IMG/VR virus record: IMGVR_UViG_3300034061_006011
Origin: a virus
Lineage: Duplodnaviria; Caudoviricetes
Reading direction: 5' to 3' (one strand)
Length of the DNA stretch: 64,000 nt
The translations under genes were made by a program, and so were the position numbers. Under the pieces are notes generated by a model. That model saw only the letters and a program-made list of their open reading frames with translations. It had not been told where the DNA came from and made no database searches. This document shows, piece after piece, positions 1 through 9,093 of this stretch. Numbering within the stretch: the stretch's first letter is position 1; each line of letters opens with the position of its first letter.

Positions 1-193
1 ATGTTTTACCGCTACCTGCACTGCCCAAAAGGAAAACAATATCATTGTCTTGAATTGTTTCCCAACATTTTTTTTGTACAGAATTAAGGAACTCAATATG
101 AAAAAGCTCCTTTTTCTTGGCGCTAGCATGAACTGGTTTCTGAATTTCTTCAGGAGTTGGTTTTTTTCTTCTTTTCATACCCATATATAGGGC

Positions 194-631
194 ATGAGAA
201 GTTTTATTCAGTTCGTAGAACAAAAATCTGAAGAACAAAAAAATTTAAAAGCAACAATTGATAAGTTGCCTAAAAAACATCGCATGTTATTAGCAAACTT
301 TAAAATAAAGCTTACTTGCAAAAACACTCTAGATAATGATACCAATCACATAGGAAATATTAATAAATATGACATAGTGGTAGCAGCACCTTGGAATTAT
401 GGTAGAGAATTTACAACACTTCATGAAATCGCACATCTTGTTTTTGAAAAACTTGTTACAGAAAAACAAAAACAAGAGTGGAATAAACTTTGCAAAAAGT
501 TTTATAATAAAAAACCTAAAATGAATTGTGAAGAAGTTTTTTGCATGGTTTATGCTTCAAACTACTCAACTCATCATATAGAAACCTATAACATTCCAGA
601 ATTGACAGATTTTATCAAAACTTTAGACTAA
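194..631 (+). CDS. HExxH zinc metallopeptidase-like protein (ImmA/IrrE-like motif) with capsid-targeting-like N-terminus
   Basis: REFTTLHEIAH motif followed by EEVFCMVYA; N-terminus MRSFIQFVEQ; CATATATA box 4 nt upstream of ATG. Confidence 0.55.
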   Translation: MRSFIQFVEQKSEEQKNLKATIDKLPKKHRMLLANFKIKLTCKNTLDNDTNHIGNINKYDIVVAAPWNYGREFTTLHEIAHLVFEKLVTEKQKQEWNKLCKKFYNKKPKMNCEEVFCMVYASNYSTHHIETYNIPELTDFIKTLD

Positions 632-1083
632 CCACATTTATTTCCGCCACAGCATGGCTTTTTTGGGGCTGTAATGCCACATTTGTCTGGAGCAAGACAT
701 TCGGTCTTCTTTTTAATTAAACTGTACACAAGCGTGTTTTTGATGATTTCAACAGAATCAATATTATAAGTTGATAATGTATCTGTTTCGTATTCAACTA
801 CTAAATCCATGTCCATTTCATTTTCTATTAATGTACTAAGAATGATCTTCCTGATCTTGCCAGCATTAATGCGATGATCAAAATCATTAGCCACCCATAA
901 TTGAATAGAAGCATAATTTTCATTACGTTCTACGCCGCCACAATCTCTAAATTTTTTATTGATAGTAGCAGCTTCTGTGACATGAAAATGAAATGGTATA
1001 AATTTACCATCAGGAGTCTTAAAAGCTACTTTATTATCTTCTGAAACAGTATCAAGATTCTTAAAAAAACTACTTACTTTCAT
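628..1083 (-). CDS. DUF6428-like Cys/His-rich protein
   Basis: PFHFHVTE...DCGG...IQLWVANDFDHR...VEYE...KTECLAPDKCG and CC-rich tail, recalled pattern of DUF6428. Confidence 0.65.
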   Translation of the reverse strand: MKVSSFFKNLDTVSEDNKVAFKTPDGKFIPFHFHVTEAATINKKFRDCGGVERNENYASIQLWVANDFDHRINAGKIRKIILSTLIENEMDMDLVVEYETDTLSTYNIDSVEIIKNTLVYSLIKKKTECLAPDKCGITAPKKPCCGGNKCG

Positions 1084-1095
1084 AATTATTCTCCT

Positions 1096-1815
1096 TTAAA
1101 CTGATCTAGCTTGTGCCTGACTCACAATCTTTGGCAGAAGTGCCAATGCTTCTTCAGAAAGCTTTTCATATGTGTTAACATCAACAGAGAATGCCTTGTA
1201 ATGATGAACTAAGTTATTCTTCATTACTTGTGGTTTAAAGCCTTCCTGTTGTGCTCTGAGTGTTGCAATGAAGGCATTACCAACAAGAGGAAGTTGTTCT
1301 GGGAAAAGATTAATCTTCTCCATGCATTGTCTTGTTGTGAGCAAACACCATTCTTGAACAAATTCAACTTTTTGATTGCCGATCATATACTGACCAGATT
1401 CAAGTCCTACAAATCCGCTCTTATTTGCTTCAGCGACATTAATCATCAAATCAATCCAAGCTGGATTAAGAATGACGACATCGTAATGCATGAAAATAAC
1501 ATATTTGCTGTTCTTATTAGCATGTCTGAATCCAAGATTAGCTGCTGCGCTAAAATAAAGATTCTTGTCATTACGAACAACTTTGACATCCTTTTCAAGA
1601 TCATCAAGGAATGTCTGAGTTTCTGGTCCGCTAGCATTATCAACAACAATAATTTCATAATTATTGTTGATTGAATTTACAGCAATTGATTGCAAGCAAA
1701 TATTAAGATATTCTGGTTTGTCCTTGTGTACGATTACAATAGACACAGAATCTTGTATATTTGCTTTAGCAAGATCAATCTTAAGTTCGTTTCTATTCTG
1801 AATATCAGGTTGCAT
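1096..1815 (-). CDS. Glycosyltransferase family 2
   Basis: VSIVIVH...LNICLQSI...YEIIVVDNASG...N motif of the GT2 N-terminal domain. Confidence 0.8.
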   Translation of the reverse strand: MQPDIQNRNELKIDLAKANIQDSVSIVIVHKDKPEYLNICLQSIAVNSINNNYEIIVVDNASGPETQTFLDDLEKDVKVVRNDKNLYFSAAANLGFRHANKNSKYVIFMHYDVVILNPAWIDLMINVAEANKSGFVGLESGQYMIGNQKVEFVQEWCLLTTRQCMEKINLFPEQLPLVGNAFIATLRAQQEGFKPQVMKNNLVHHYKAFSVDVNTYEKLSEEALALLPKIVSQAQARSV

Positions 1816-1816
1816 A

Positions 1817-2032
1817 TTAATCCTCTATTTCAACTTCATGTACATTTCGTTCAAAAACGCAGTTAATTGTTTGATCTTTTGTTTTTAATGGTTCACTGTA
1901 AACTCTTGGCACAGAGTTCATGTACTTCTGTGCCGATTCGGTTGAACTAAATGATTTTTCTATTTTAACGACAGTAAGTCTGCCATCTATTTCATTCCCA
2001 ACATTAACAACAATATAAGCTTTCAATTTCAT
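1817..2032 (-). CDS. Hypothetical protein
   Basis: 71 aa ORF, ATGA overlap with dut stop, operonic. Confidence 0.6.
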   Translation of the reverse strand: MKLKAYIVVNVGNEIDGRLTVVKIEKSFSSTESAQKYMNSVPRVYSEPLKTKDQTINCVFERNVHEVEIED

Positions 2033-2472
2033 GCTCCAGTTGAACCGAAACCGCCAGCACCACGTTCAGTCTGATCTAATGAAGTAACAAAAACAAATTC
2101 TGTATCAAGATTCTTATCAAAAAACATTTGTGCTACTCTTGTTTTATTTGCCAACTTGTAAGGATTCTTGCCAGTATTTGTTAACAAAACACAAATCTCA
2201 CCTCTGTAGTCACTATCAATTATTCCCGGCGAGTTGCTTACAACAATGCCTTTGCTTGACAATCCACTTCTTGAAACAATTTTAGCATGATAGCCATTTG
2301 GTATGGCTAATGAAAATCCAGCTTTTACTTTGATAGTATCAAGTGGATATATTGTTATTTCATCTTCTTCAAGTTTTGCTTTTAGATCAAGTCCCAAAGA
2401 CCCAGCAGTTGACTTCTCTGGAATAAAAAACAAATCTTCACACAAAATTTGGATCGGTAGGGGGGAGGTCAT
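2029..2472 (-). CDS. dut: Trimeric dUTPase
   Basis: Motifs GLDL, SRSG, GIIDSDYRGE, AQM, RGAGGFGSTG. Confidence 0.95.
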   Translation of the reverse strand: MTSPLPIQILCEDLFFIPEKSTAGSLGLDLKAKLEEDEITIYPLDTIKVKAGFSLAIPNGYHAKIVSRSGLSSKGIVVSNSPGIIDSDYRGEICVLLTNTGKNPYKLANKTRVAQMFFDKNLDTEFVFVTSLDQTERGAGGFGSTGA

Positions 2473-2848
2473 CTTTACCTTGCTCCTGTTTGGCTTCTTC
2501 GGAAATTGTATTCCTCATCGCAATGATGTCATCCATTGTAATAGTATCAAGTTTCTTTTTCAAATTCTTTTTTTCTTGTTTTGGCAATGATTCTTCAATA
2601 ATTTTAGAAATATTAATTTCCATATTTAAAACAAATGATTCAAGTGCGCCATCAGGACACTTATTCAATTTTTGCAACATTTTTTGTTTAATTTGTTCAT
2701 CTTGAATTTTTGCTTCAATCAATCTTTTGACTGAATCATGTGTCCAATTAGAAGAACGACCTTGAGTTCTCAATAAATAATTCCTATCAGACATTGATGA
2801 TTTCTTAACATTGGAACCAAAATTAAAATTCGACTTTTCAATACTCAT
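2438..2848 (-). CDS. Hypothetical protein
   Basis: 136 aa ORF overlapping the dut start, same strand. Confidence 0.6.
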   Translation of the reverse strand: MSIEKSNFNFGSNVKKSSMSDRNYLLRTQGRSSNWTHDSVKRLIEAKIQDEQIKQKMLQKLNKCPDGALESFVLNMEINISKIIEESLPKQEKKNLKKKLDTITMDDIIAMRNTISEEAKQEQGKDDLPPTDPNFV

Positions 2849-2883
2849 AAAAATTCCTTTACAAAATGATACATACTAAGATA

Positions 2884-3369
2884 ATGATTGGATTCAAAAA
2901 ATTTATAGAAAATAAAAACCCATTTTCAGGTTTTAACAAACCGTTCCCCGGAGCTGTACAAACAAGCAGTGACACCGGATCACAAGCTGTTTCAACATTT
3001 GGATACTCTGGAAGACCGAACCACTTACCAGATTTAGACTTAGCTATAAATGATGGTGAATTTGGCATACCAGAAGTTGTAAAAGAGAAAATGGTAACTG
3101 TTTTGAATGACAAGAAAAAAATAATTGAAATTGAATTAGAAGACGGGACTAAACTTTACTTTAGTCCCGGTCAATACAGATCAATTCAAGGGGATTTGCC
3201 TATCATCCCTAATAAGACCAAGCTAAAAGTCGCTTTCCAAAGACACGGAAAGGACATTAGCTCTGATTCATCAAATATAACTCGTATAGAAGCGTCATAC
3301 TGTGGTCCTCAATATTTAAGAAACGCCTATAAAATTAAAAATGTTTCTTTCAAACCAGTACAGCTTTGA
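2884..3369 (+). CDS. Hypothetical protein with capsid-targeting-like leader (start likely MIGFKKFIE at 2884)
   Basis: ORF 2866..3369; second ATG gives MIGFKKFIENK leader. Confidence 0.6.
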   Translation: MIGFKKFIENKNPFSGFNKPFPGAVQTSSDTGSQAVSTFGYSGRPNHLPDLDLAINDGEFGIPEVVKEKMVTVLNDKKKIIEIELEDGTKLYFSPGQYRSIQGDLPIIPNKTKLKVAFQRHGKDISSDSSNITRIEASYCGPQYLRNAYKIKNVSFKPVQL

Positions 3370-3652
3370 TGGTTGATGGTTCAACCAAAACTCGTTCACG
3401 TTCAGATTCTGGTCCATAATCTGGAACAGGAACTGCGCCGCCTGAGATAACAACTCTATCACCGACATTAAAGCCATAATTTTCGGTCTTGATAGATGGA
3501 CCTACTGCCAAAACAATTGCCTGAAAATCATCTTTTTGCTTCTTGTTAGTCAAGAACAACTTTGTGTTTGCTAGTTCTTGGGTTGTCAAGAGTTCAATCA
3601 AAACCTGTGAGCCACAAGGCTTACAGCCAGTAACCTTCTTCAAATCTGCCAT
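3350..3652 (-). CDS. GroES/Cpn10-like co-chaperonin (T4 gp31-like role possible)
   Basis: KPCGSQVLIE...AIVLAVGP...FNVGDRVVI...LVEPSTIKAVL matches the Cpn10 pattern; 100 aa. Confidence 0.75.
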   Translation of the reverse strand: MADLKKVTGCKPCGSQVLIELLTTQELANTKLFLTNKKQKDDFQAIVLAVGPSIKTENYGFNVGDRVVISGGAVPVPDYGPESERERVLVEPSTIKAVLV

Positions 3653-3690
3653 TATTAAATCTCCATAGGACTACAATTTAAATGAGTGTA

Positions 3691-4215
3691 TTAATTTGTT
3701 TTTTGTGGAGCTAAACGACAGATAAGACGTGTGCCTTCAAATTTTGGATTAGATTCTACCAAGCAAACTTCTTTACACTTTTCCAAAATTGCATTAATTT
3801 TTTCAAATCCAACTTCTTTATGTTGCATTTCTCTAGATCTAAATTTCATTGTAATTTGAACTTTTTTCTCATCTTGCAAAAATTCAACAATATGCTTGAT
3901 CTTGGTTTCTAAGTCATGTTTGCCAATAACAGGAGACAATCTAATTTCTTTTGATATTTGAGCAGTCTCTCTTTGTTTTTTATTATTTTCCTTAATCTTC
4001 ATTTTTTGTTCGTATTTATATTTTGAATAATCAAGAATATGACAAACAGGAGGAATTGCGTTTGGAACTATTTCAACAAGATCCAATCCCAAATCAAAAG
4101 CCATGTTTCGGGCTTTCTCTGTTGGCATAATGCCCAAGACTTTTCCATCTTGCATGACTCTTACTTGGGGGATACGAATCTGAAAATTTACACGCAAACG
4201 ATTAATGTCCGACAA
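3691..4215 (-). CDS. infC: Translation initiation factor IF-3 (TTG start)
   Basis: RVNFQIRIPQVRV...GLDLVEIVPNAIPPVCHILDYSKYKYE...KEIRLSPVIGKHDLETK...MKFRSRE; GGAG 7 nt upstream of TTG. Confidence 0.93.
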   Translation of the reverse strand: MSDINRLRVNFQIRIPQVRVMQDGKVLGIMPTEKARNMAFDLGLDLVEIVPNAIPPVCHILDYSKYKYEQKMKIKENNKKQRETAQISKEIRLSPVIGKHDLETKIKHIVEFLQDEKKVQITMKFRSREMQHKEVGFEKINAILEKCKEVCLVESNPKFEGTRLICRLAPQKTN

Positions 4216-4216
4216 A

Positions 4217-4963
4217 TTAACACTCCGCTGTTGGGCTAGCTGAAACCTCTACTATGAAGCCTTCCTTGTCGTTAGGGAATCTTCTTGCCCATTCGACACC
4301 AAGACCTAATTCGCAATGATAATCAATATTGCTAGCTGGTATTATATCAATGCTATCAAGGCTTGTTAATAGGTTCATTTTTAAGACTTTAAACTCGAAA
4401 TAATATTTACCTATAAAACAAACGTCTTCTGGCTTCCACTCATAAATGAGAAAGCTTTTCTGCAAAACATTAAGAGAAATTGTTCCATCGATATTTTCTT
4501 TGTCAGAATATACCATTTCTGAAGCAGCAGCAGCATTTATGAATCTTAAAACTTTTACAGGTGTGCCTTTCAACCAAGGACGAATTCTTGTATCACAAGC
4601 GCCTCGTTGTACTTGAATGACCTTATTAACATCATCAAAGCCAACAACTGTCATTCGTTCAAAATCTCTACCAGAAGATACATGGAGAATAGAATTTGGA
4701 CCAACACTATCATATCCAACATTATCAGCAAATTTAATTAAATTGTCATTTATAGTTAAAGCAGTTTTAAGTTTTGCATTTGTCCACATATTTGCTTCAA
4801 CAACCAAATCTTTCAAATCATATGGTTGTTGATCGCAATCAGTAACTTCAATCCTAAGAGGAGGGTAAGTACTGTGTTGCTTTGTTACATAATCAGGAGT
4901 TCCTGAAATAGATGAATTGCAACAATCAGTTGTATTAATCCAAGCAGATTTACAATTAACCAT
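4217..4963 (-). CDS. Putative virion structural protein (BppU-like Ig-fold segments)
   Basis: YPPLRIEVTDCDQQPYDLKD and IYEWKPEDVCFIGKYYFEFKV resemble BppU-type baseplate domains; start at MVNCK with GAAGGA RBS. Confidence 0.4.
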   Translation of the reverse strand: MVNCKSAWINTTDCCNSSISGTPDYVTKQHSTYPPLRIEVTDCDQQPYDLKDLVVEANMWTNAKLKTALTINDNLIKFADNVGYDSVGPNSILHVSSGRDFERMTVVGFDDVNKVIQVQRGACDTRIRPWLKGTPVKVLRFINAAAASEMVYSDKENIDGTISLNVLQKSFLIYEWKPEDVCFIGKYYFEFKVLKMNLLTSLDSIDIIPASNIDYHCELGLGVEWARRFPNDKEGFIVEVSASPTAEC

Positions 4964-5177
4964 GTTTTTTCCTTCGCCTCTTGCGTTTTGGTTTATGTTT
5001 ACCGTCAGTTGTCCCAAAAGTATCAATTAATTTGTTCATAATATCAGGAGGAGGAGTGCTGTGGCTCATGAAGTCTGCTCTTAATGGATAAGAACCCTTT
5101 CTGCCCCAACCTAGCCTTTGACGAGTCAGAGGAGATGATTCTTGCATTAATCGCCAATCTTCATATTTTATCAGCAT
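4956..5177 (-). CDS. Small basic protein with leader motif and KRKRRRKK tail
   Basis: MLIKYEDWRLMQES...KHKPKRKRRRKKHG. Confidence 0.6.
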   Translation of the reverse strand: MLIKYEDWRLMQESSPLTRQRLGWGRKGSYPLRADFMSHSTPPPDIMNKLIDTFGTTDGKHKPKRKRRRKKHG

Positions 5178-5508
5178 TTATCTCCTTAAAATGTCTTGGT
5201 TTTATTTTGCCTTGATCTAATTTTCTCAAAGTTTCCAAGTCAATTTCTTGCTTGGCTTTATTATATATGCTCATAAGACTCTTAAATTTATAAAACTGTT
5301 TTGAAAGAAAAGAAGCGTTTGCCTTATACCCTGTATGATCAGTAAATAGATAAATATAATTCTCTCCCATAACATAAAAATATTCCATAGCCTCTTTATG
5401 AGGACTTTTATCAAAATATTTATATAAGAAAGAATGCTCTTTATTGGCTTTTGATTTTACAAAAGCCAAGTTGAGCCAAAGTAGATTATATTCTTCAAAT
5501 GTTTTCAT
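5161..5508 (-). CDS. Hypothetical protein with MKTFEEY leader
   Basis: CTAAATA box 6 nt upstream of ATG. Confidence 0.6.
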   Translation of the reverse strand: MKTFEEYNLLWLNLAFVKSKANKEHSFLYKYFDKSPHKEAMEYFYVMGENYIYLFTDHTGYKANASFLSKQFYKFKSLMSIYNKAKQEIDLETLRKLDQGKIKPRHFKEINADKI

Positions 5509-5509
5509 A

Positions 5510-6013
5510 CTAATTATTTAGCGGAAAATAAATAAATCTAACCATAAGTAATAAAAACCCAGCTACAAATTTTTTGGGCACCCTGTGGAAGTGCAAATGC
5601 TTAATCATTTCTATTACAATAACTACATCTTTTGGAAGCTCTGCATCCATATCATCTTTATAATAAATCGCACTTCCCAATTTAATTTTTTTACCAATAA
5701 GCTTGTAAATAAGATCTATTGTGTTTTCAATATCACACTTTTCCAAAGTTGAAATATATTTTTCTTGGAATTCAGCTTTTCCTGAAAGATCATTACCATC
5801 TACATCTTTTAAATTAGAAAACACTCTTTCAAAGATGTTTTTTATGTATTCATGTTTTGTGACAGGTACAAAATCTTGATTCTCTTCACCATCAAAAAGA
5901 CAAACACTGCTCAGACTATGCAGCATATCAAAGACTCCATTCCGGGATATGTCCGCAGTCATTTTATCAATTGAAAGATTTGTGTCAAGAGTTCTTTTGG
6001 TCGTATCCAACAA
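5510..6013 (-). CDS. Hypothetical protein
   Basis: 167 aa ORF in operon. Confidence 0.55.
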   Translation of the reverse strand: MLDTTKRTLDTNLSIDKMTADISRNGVFDMLHSLSSVCLFDGEENQDFVPVTKHEYIKNIFERVFSNLKDVDGNDLSGKAEFQEKYISTLEKCDIENTIDLIYKLIGKKIKLGSAIYYKDDMDAELPKDVVIVIEMIKHLHFHRVPKKFVAGFLLLMVRFIYFPLNN

Positions 6014-6239
6014 TTAAATGCTGAAACACTGGATAACCCGGACAATTATCACCTTGAGGAATGGTAGGATCTTTTTTTGCATTTACATTAGTTTCATAAT
6101 CTATGTCTTTTTTATACTCAGTTTTCTTGAGACAGTGGAAGTCTGATCCTCCACTGTCTTGAGAAAGATATTTGCAGCAGTTACCTTTGTTATCACTAGC
6201 AAGACAGATGTCATAAACCTGATCGATACTCAATGGCAT
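5985..6239 (-). CDS. Small Cys-rich hypothetical protein
   Basis: 84 aa, five Cys, overlapping stop/start with neighbours. Confidence 0.55.
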   Translation of the reverse strand: MPLSIDQVYDICLASDNKGNCCKYLSQDSGGSDFHCLKKTEYKKDIDYETNVNAKKDPTIPQGDNCPGYPVFQHLIVGYDQKNS

Positions 6240-6556
6240 TATTCATAGTCCTCATGCGCTGTAGGTGTAGACCAAGGACCATTTGGATTTTCATGAGCCA
6301 ATTGATCATATAACTTTTCGATTAAGTATTCTACCTTTTGCTCAAACCAAGCTCTCATATAAAGCTTATCCCCACGCTTATCCTTTGGTGCATCAAGTAC
6401 AACTCTGACAATATTCTTGTCATCAGTAAAATAATCATCTACAAATTTTTTCATGTAGACTGATACTTTCTGATCTTTCGCAGAAGCAACATCATTTATT
6501 TTGTTGTATAAAGATTCTGGAATACCAAAAGTGATTATTTTTTGTTTTTCGGACAT
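6239..6556 (-). CDS. Ribbon-helix-helix-like DNA-binding protein
   Basis: IITFGIPESLYNKINDVASAKDQKVSVYMKKFVDDYF fits RHH strand-helix-helix pattern. Confidence 0.5.
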   Translation of the reverse strand: MSEKQKIITFGIPESLYNKINDVASAKDQKVSVYMKKFVDDYFTDDKNIVRVVLDAPKDKRGDKLYMRAWFEQKVEYLIEKLYDQLAHENPNGPWSTPTAHEDYE

Positions 6557-6813
6557 GGCTTTTCCTTTTTGTTTTTAACAGGGAAGCTTTCTCTCATCTG
6601 ACTCTTAAGAATAGTAGCTTCCTTCTCACGCCTCTTCCTGCGTGACTTCTCTGATGGGCTTTCATATGTTTCTCTAAGCCTGTATTCACGCAAGATACCA
6701 GCCTTATTGACTGCTTGACGGAATGCACTCATCAAAGCTTTAAAAGACCTGTCACGATGATCGTCATAACCGTTGTCTCTTGAAACTACTCTAACATTTG
6801 CCTTTCGTGCCAT
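6535..6813 (-). CDS. rpsU: Ribosomal protein bS21 homolog
   Basis: FKALMSAFRQAVNKAGILREYRLRETYESPSEKSRRKR aligns to bS21 [27 protein letters not shown]. Confidence 0.85.
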   Translation of the reverse strand: MARKANVRVVSRDNGYDDHRDRSFKALMSAFRQAVNKAGILREYRLRETYESPSEKSRRKRREKEATILKSQMRESFPVKNKKEKPCPKNKK

Positions 6814-6814
6814 T

Positions 6815-7960
6815 TTATTCCTCAATCACTTTCTTTTTAATGCCTATAAACTTGGGGTGAAACTGTTTTACTCTTTCAACTATACTTGCCTGCAAATCAA
6901 CTGAATATTTATTTTTATTTTCGATATGCTTGTCAAGGTTAGTATTTACAATCTCATAAATTAATTTATCTATGAAAAATAACTTTTTATTAAGCAAACT
7001 ATAATTTAAATCGAAAAACGTAAAGACTTTAGTATCAATATTTGAATCTGTCATACATAATTCTATATCTTTTTGGTTAGAAACTACGTTAAAATTTCTT
7101 TCCGCAATACTAATACTTCTGCAACCACAATACATTGACATTGAATTAAGACCAGAAAAGAAATCAACAAATATCTTAGTTGAAAGCATATACGCCATCA
7201 CCAAAAACCAATCATCTTCTTGAACAAACAAAACATTAGGATTGTCAATAAAATCCTTAGAAATATCAAACGTCATATAATTCTTTAAAACAACACATTT
7301 AATGTTTTTAGAAGTAAAACTTTCTATCACACTTTGGTAAAAAGAAGACGATAATTTATGCAATATTACCTTACCTAAGTGCCATTGCTTGATGAATTTA
7401 AAAGGAATTATAAAAACCTTTCTTTCACCTAATTCTGAAATACTTTTAACAATACTTTGATTCAAATAATTTATATTAGGCAAATTTGATTTAACTATAT
7501 CAATAGAATTTTTACCTATATTTGATCTATTGAAGCCATTCTGAAATAAATTTGCAAATCTAGATGGGTCAATTACGTTTCTGAAAAATTCATTCAAACT
7601 TCTAAAAATGACAGTTATTGTATCTGATTTATTTAACATGCCTTCAGTTTTTTCATAAAATCTATCAATATTATCAACAGATTTCTGTGACCATACTTCA
7701 TCTGCTTGTGCAAAAAACTTAGAAAATCCTTTCCAAGTAACAATTATAATGTACTTGTCTTTAAAATTAATATCATTCTTTAAACTAGGAAATATGTAAT
7801 TTGCAAAAACTAAAAGATGACTTAATTCTGGAAATATTGGTATTACAATTATTTTTTGTAGATTATCAGGAATATTCCTTGAATCAAACTTCTCTCTAAT
7901 AAAATTACCTCTTATAGAGGCAGATTCTATAACTTCTTTTATATCAACAGCATTTACCAT
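6815..7960 (-). CDS. Divergent GT-B glycosyltransferase, GT9 (heptosyltransferase)-like
   Basis: N-domain IIIVTWKGFSKFFAQADEVW; C-domain LVMAYMLSTKIFVDFFSGLNSMSMYCGCRSISI resembles GT9 end motif but lacks canonical DSG..H. Confidence 0.45.
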   Translation of the reverse strand: MVNAVDIKEVIESASIRGNFIREKFDSRNIPDNLQKIIVIPIFPELSHLLVFANYIFPSLKNDINFKDKYIIIVTWKGFSKFFAQADEVWSQKSVDNIDRFYEKTEGMLNKSDTITVIFRSLNEFFRNVIDPSRFANLFQNGFNRSNIGKNSIDIVKSNLPNINYLNQSIVKSISELGERKVFIIPFKFIKQWHLGKVILHKLSSSFYQSVIESFTSKNIKCVVLKNYMTFDISKDFIDNPNVLFVQEDDWFLVMAYMLSTKIFVDFFSGLNSMSMYCGCRSISIAERNFNVVSNQKDIELCMTDSNIDTKVFTFFDLNYSLLNKKLFFIDKLIYEIVNTNLDKHIENKNKYSVDLQASIVERVKQFHPKFIGIKKKVIEE

Positions 7961-9093
7961 ATGTTTTCTTTGTATTTCTGACTTTGAGCTAATAACATAT
8001 CATTCGGTCTAAAAAACACGTCTTCAGAATTTTTGTTTACTATAAAATCTATTACTGCATCTTTAAGCATAGTTAGAAATTCTGAAAAATTATCAACTAC
8101 ATCCACAAAATTGGATACAACTAGCTTTTTATCACTATATTTTTTAGTCATTAAGGACAGTCTAAACCCTTCTTGACCTCTGCCAAACATTTGCTCTGGC
8201 GATTCTACCAGCACAAAAGGTTTATTCAACAAACTACTTATTCTTGTAGATGCTGTATAGAATTGAAGAGAAAAATCACATTTTTTAACAACTGCAAAAG
8301 CTGCTTCCAAATTGCCAACATACTCATGATTCATAAGATTAATAATCTTATCATTATCAATGTTATAACTAGAACTCACTTCTCCAAGCAATACTACTTT
8401 GTATCCAAAATCTGTTAGAAGATTGATAACATCATTGTAAAAATCTTTTGGCAAATTTCTGCCATACGTTTTTCTGTTTCTAGCAAATAGAGCAACAGAT
8501 TTTTCAGGAATCAATTCGTCCGCAAAATCAATATATTTTTGATTTATTTGCGGCAAAGGATAAACATTGTTTTTGTAGTCTTTGCATCCTTGTATCAAAG
8601 ACTTAATTATTTTAACAGAATTACATTTTGGACAATATACATCGCCCCTGTCTCTTGGAAACTCATGAGAACAAGCAGCACATCTACACGTTAAACACAA
8701 ATTACCCATCTTATTACCATTAATAACGATGCCTAAATTAGATAATCTTTTTTCAAGACTTGCTATTTCTGTTGAGTGATTTTCAAAAGCATGGGATCTG
8801 TCTTTAAGAGACATGAATTCATTGTCTATTTCCCAAAATTCATCGCAGACATCTCTGTAAAAGTATTCTCTACCTTGCCAACCAACAACAATCTTCCTGT
8901 ATTCTTTAAAATTATTATTAATTCTCGGAATCAAAAATGTTGGTATTATAGATTCACAACCAAATTCACCAAAAGAAAAATAAAACAACTTCTCAGAAAG
9001 TTGTTTCTCTTCTTTAAATATATGCTTGTTAAAAACAAGCTCATTAAATAATTCTTTATTTTCTTTTTTTAAATTTAAATACTTATGGCGCAC
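7954..9093 (-). CDS. Divergent GT9-like glycosyltransferase with internal Zn-ribbon
   Basis: FGEFG; RNLPKDFYNDVINLL..GYKVVLLGE; NLEAAFAVVKKCDFSL..ASTRISSLLNKPFVLV; insert CAAC...CPKC. Confidence 0.5.
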   Translation of the reverse strand: MRHKYLNLKKENKELFNELVFNKHIFKEEKQLSEKLFYFSFGEFGCESIIPTFLIPRINNNFKEYRKIVVGWQGREYFYRDVCDEFWEIDNEFMSLKDRSHAFENHSTEIASLEKRLSNLGIVINGNKMGNLCLTCRCAACSHEFPRDRGDVYCPKCNSVKIIKSLIQGCKDYKNNVYPLPQINQKYIDFADELIPEKSVALFARNRKTYGRNLPKDFYNDVINLLTDFGYKVVLLGEVSSSYNIDNDKIINLMNHEYVGNLEAAFAVVKKCDFSLQFYTASTRISSLLNKPFVLVESPEQMFGRGQEGFRLSLMTKKYSDKKLVVSNFVDVVDNFSEFLTMLKDAVIDFIVNKNSEDVFFRPNDMLLAQSQKYKENIW

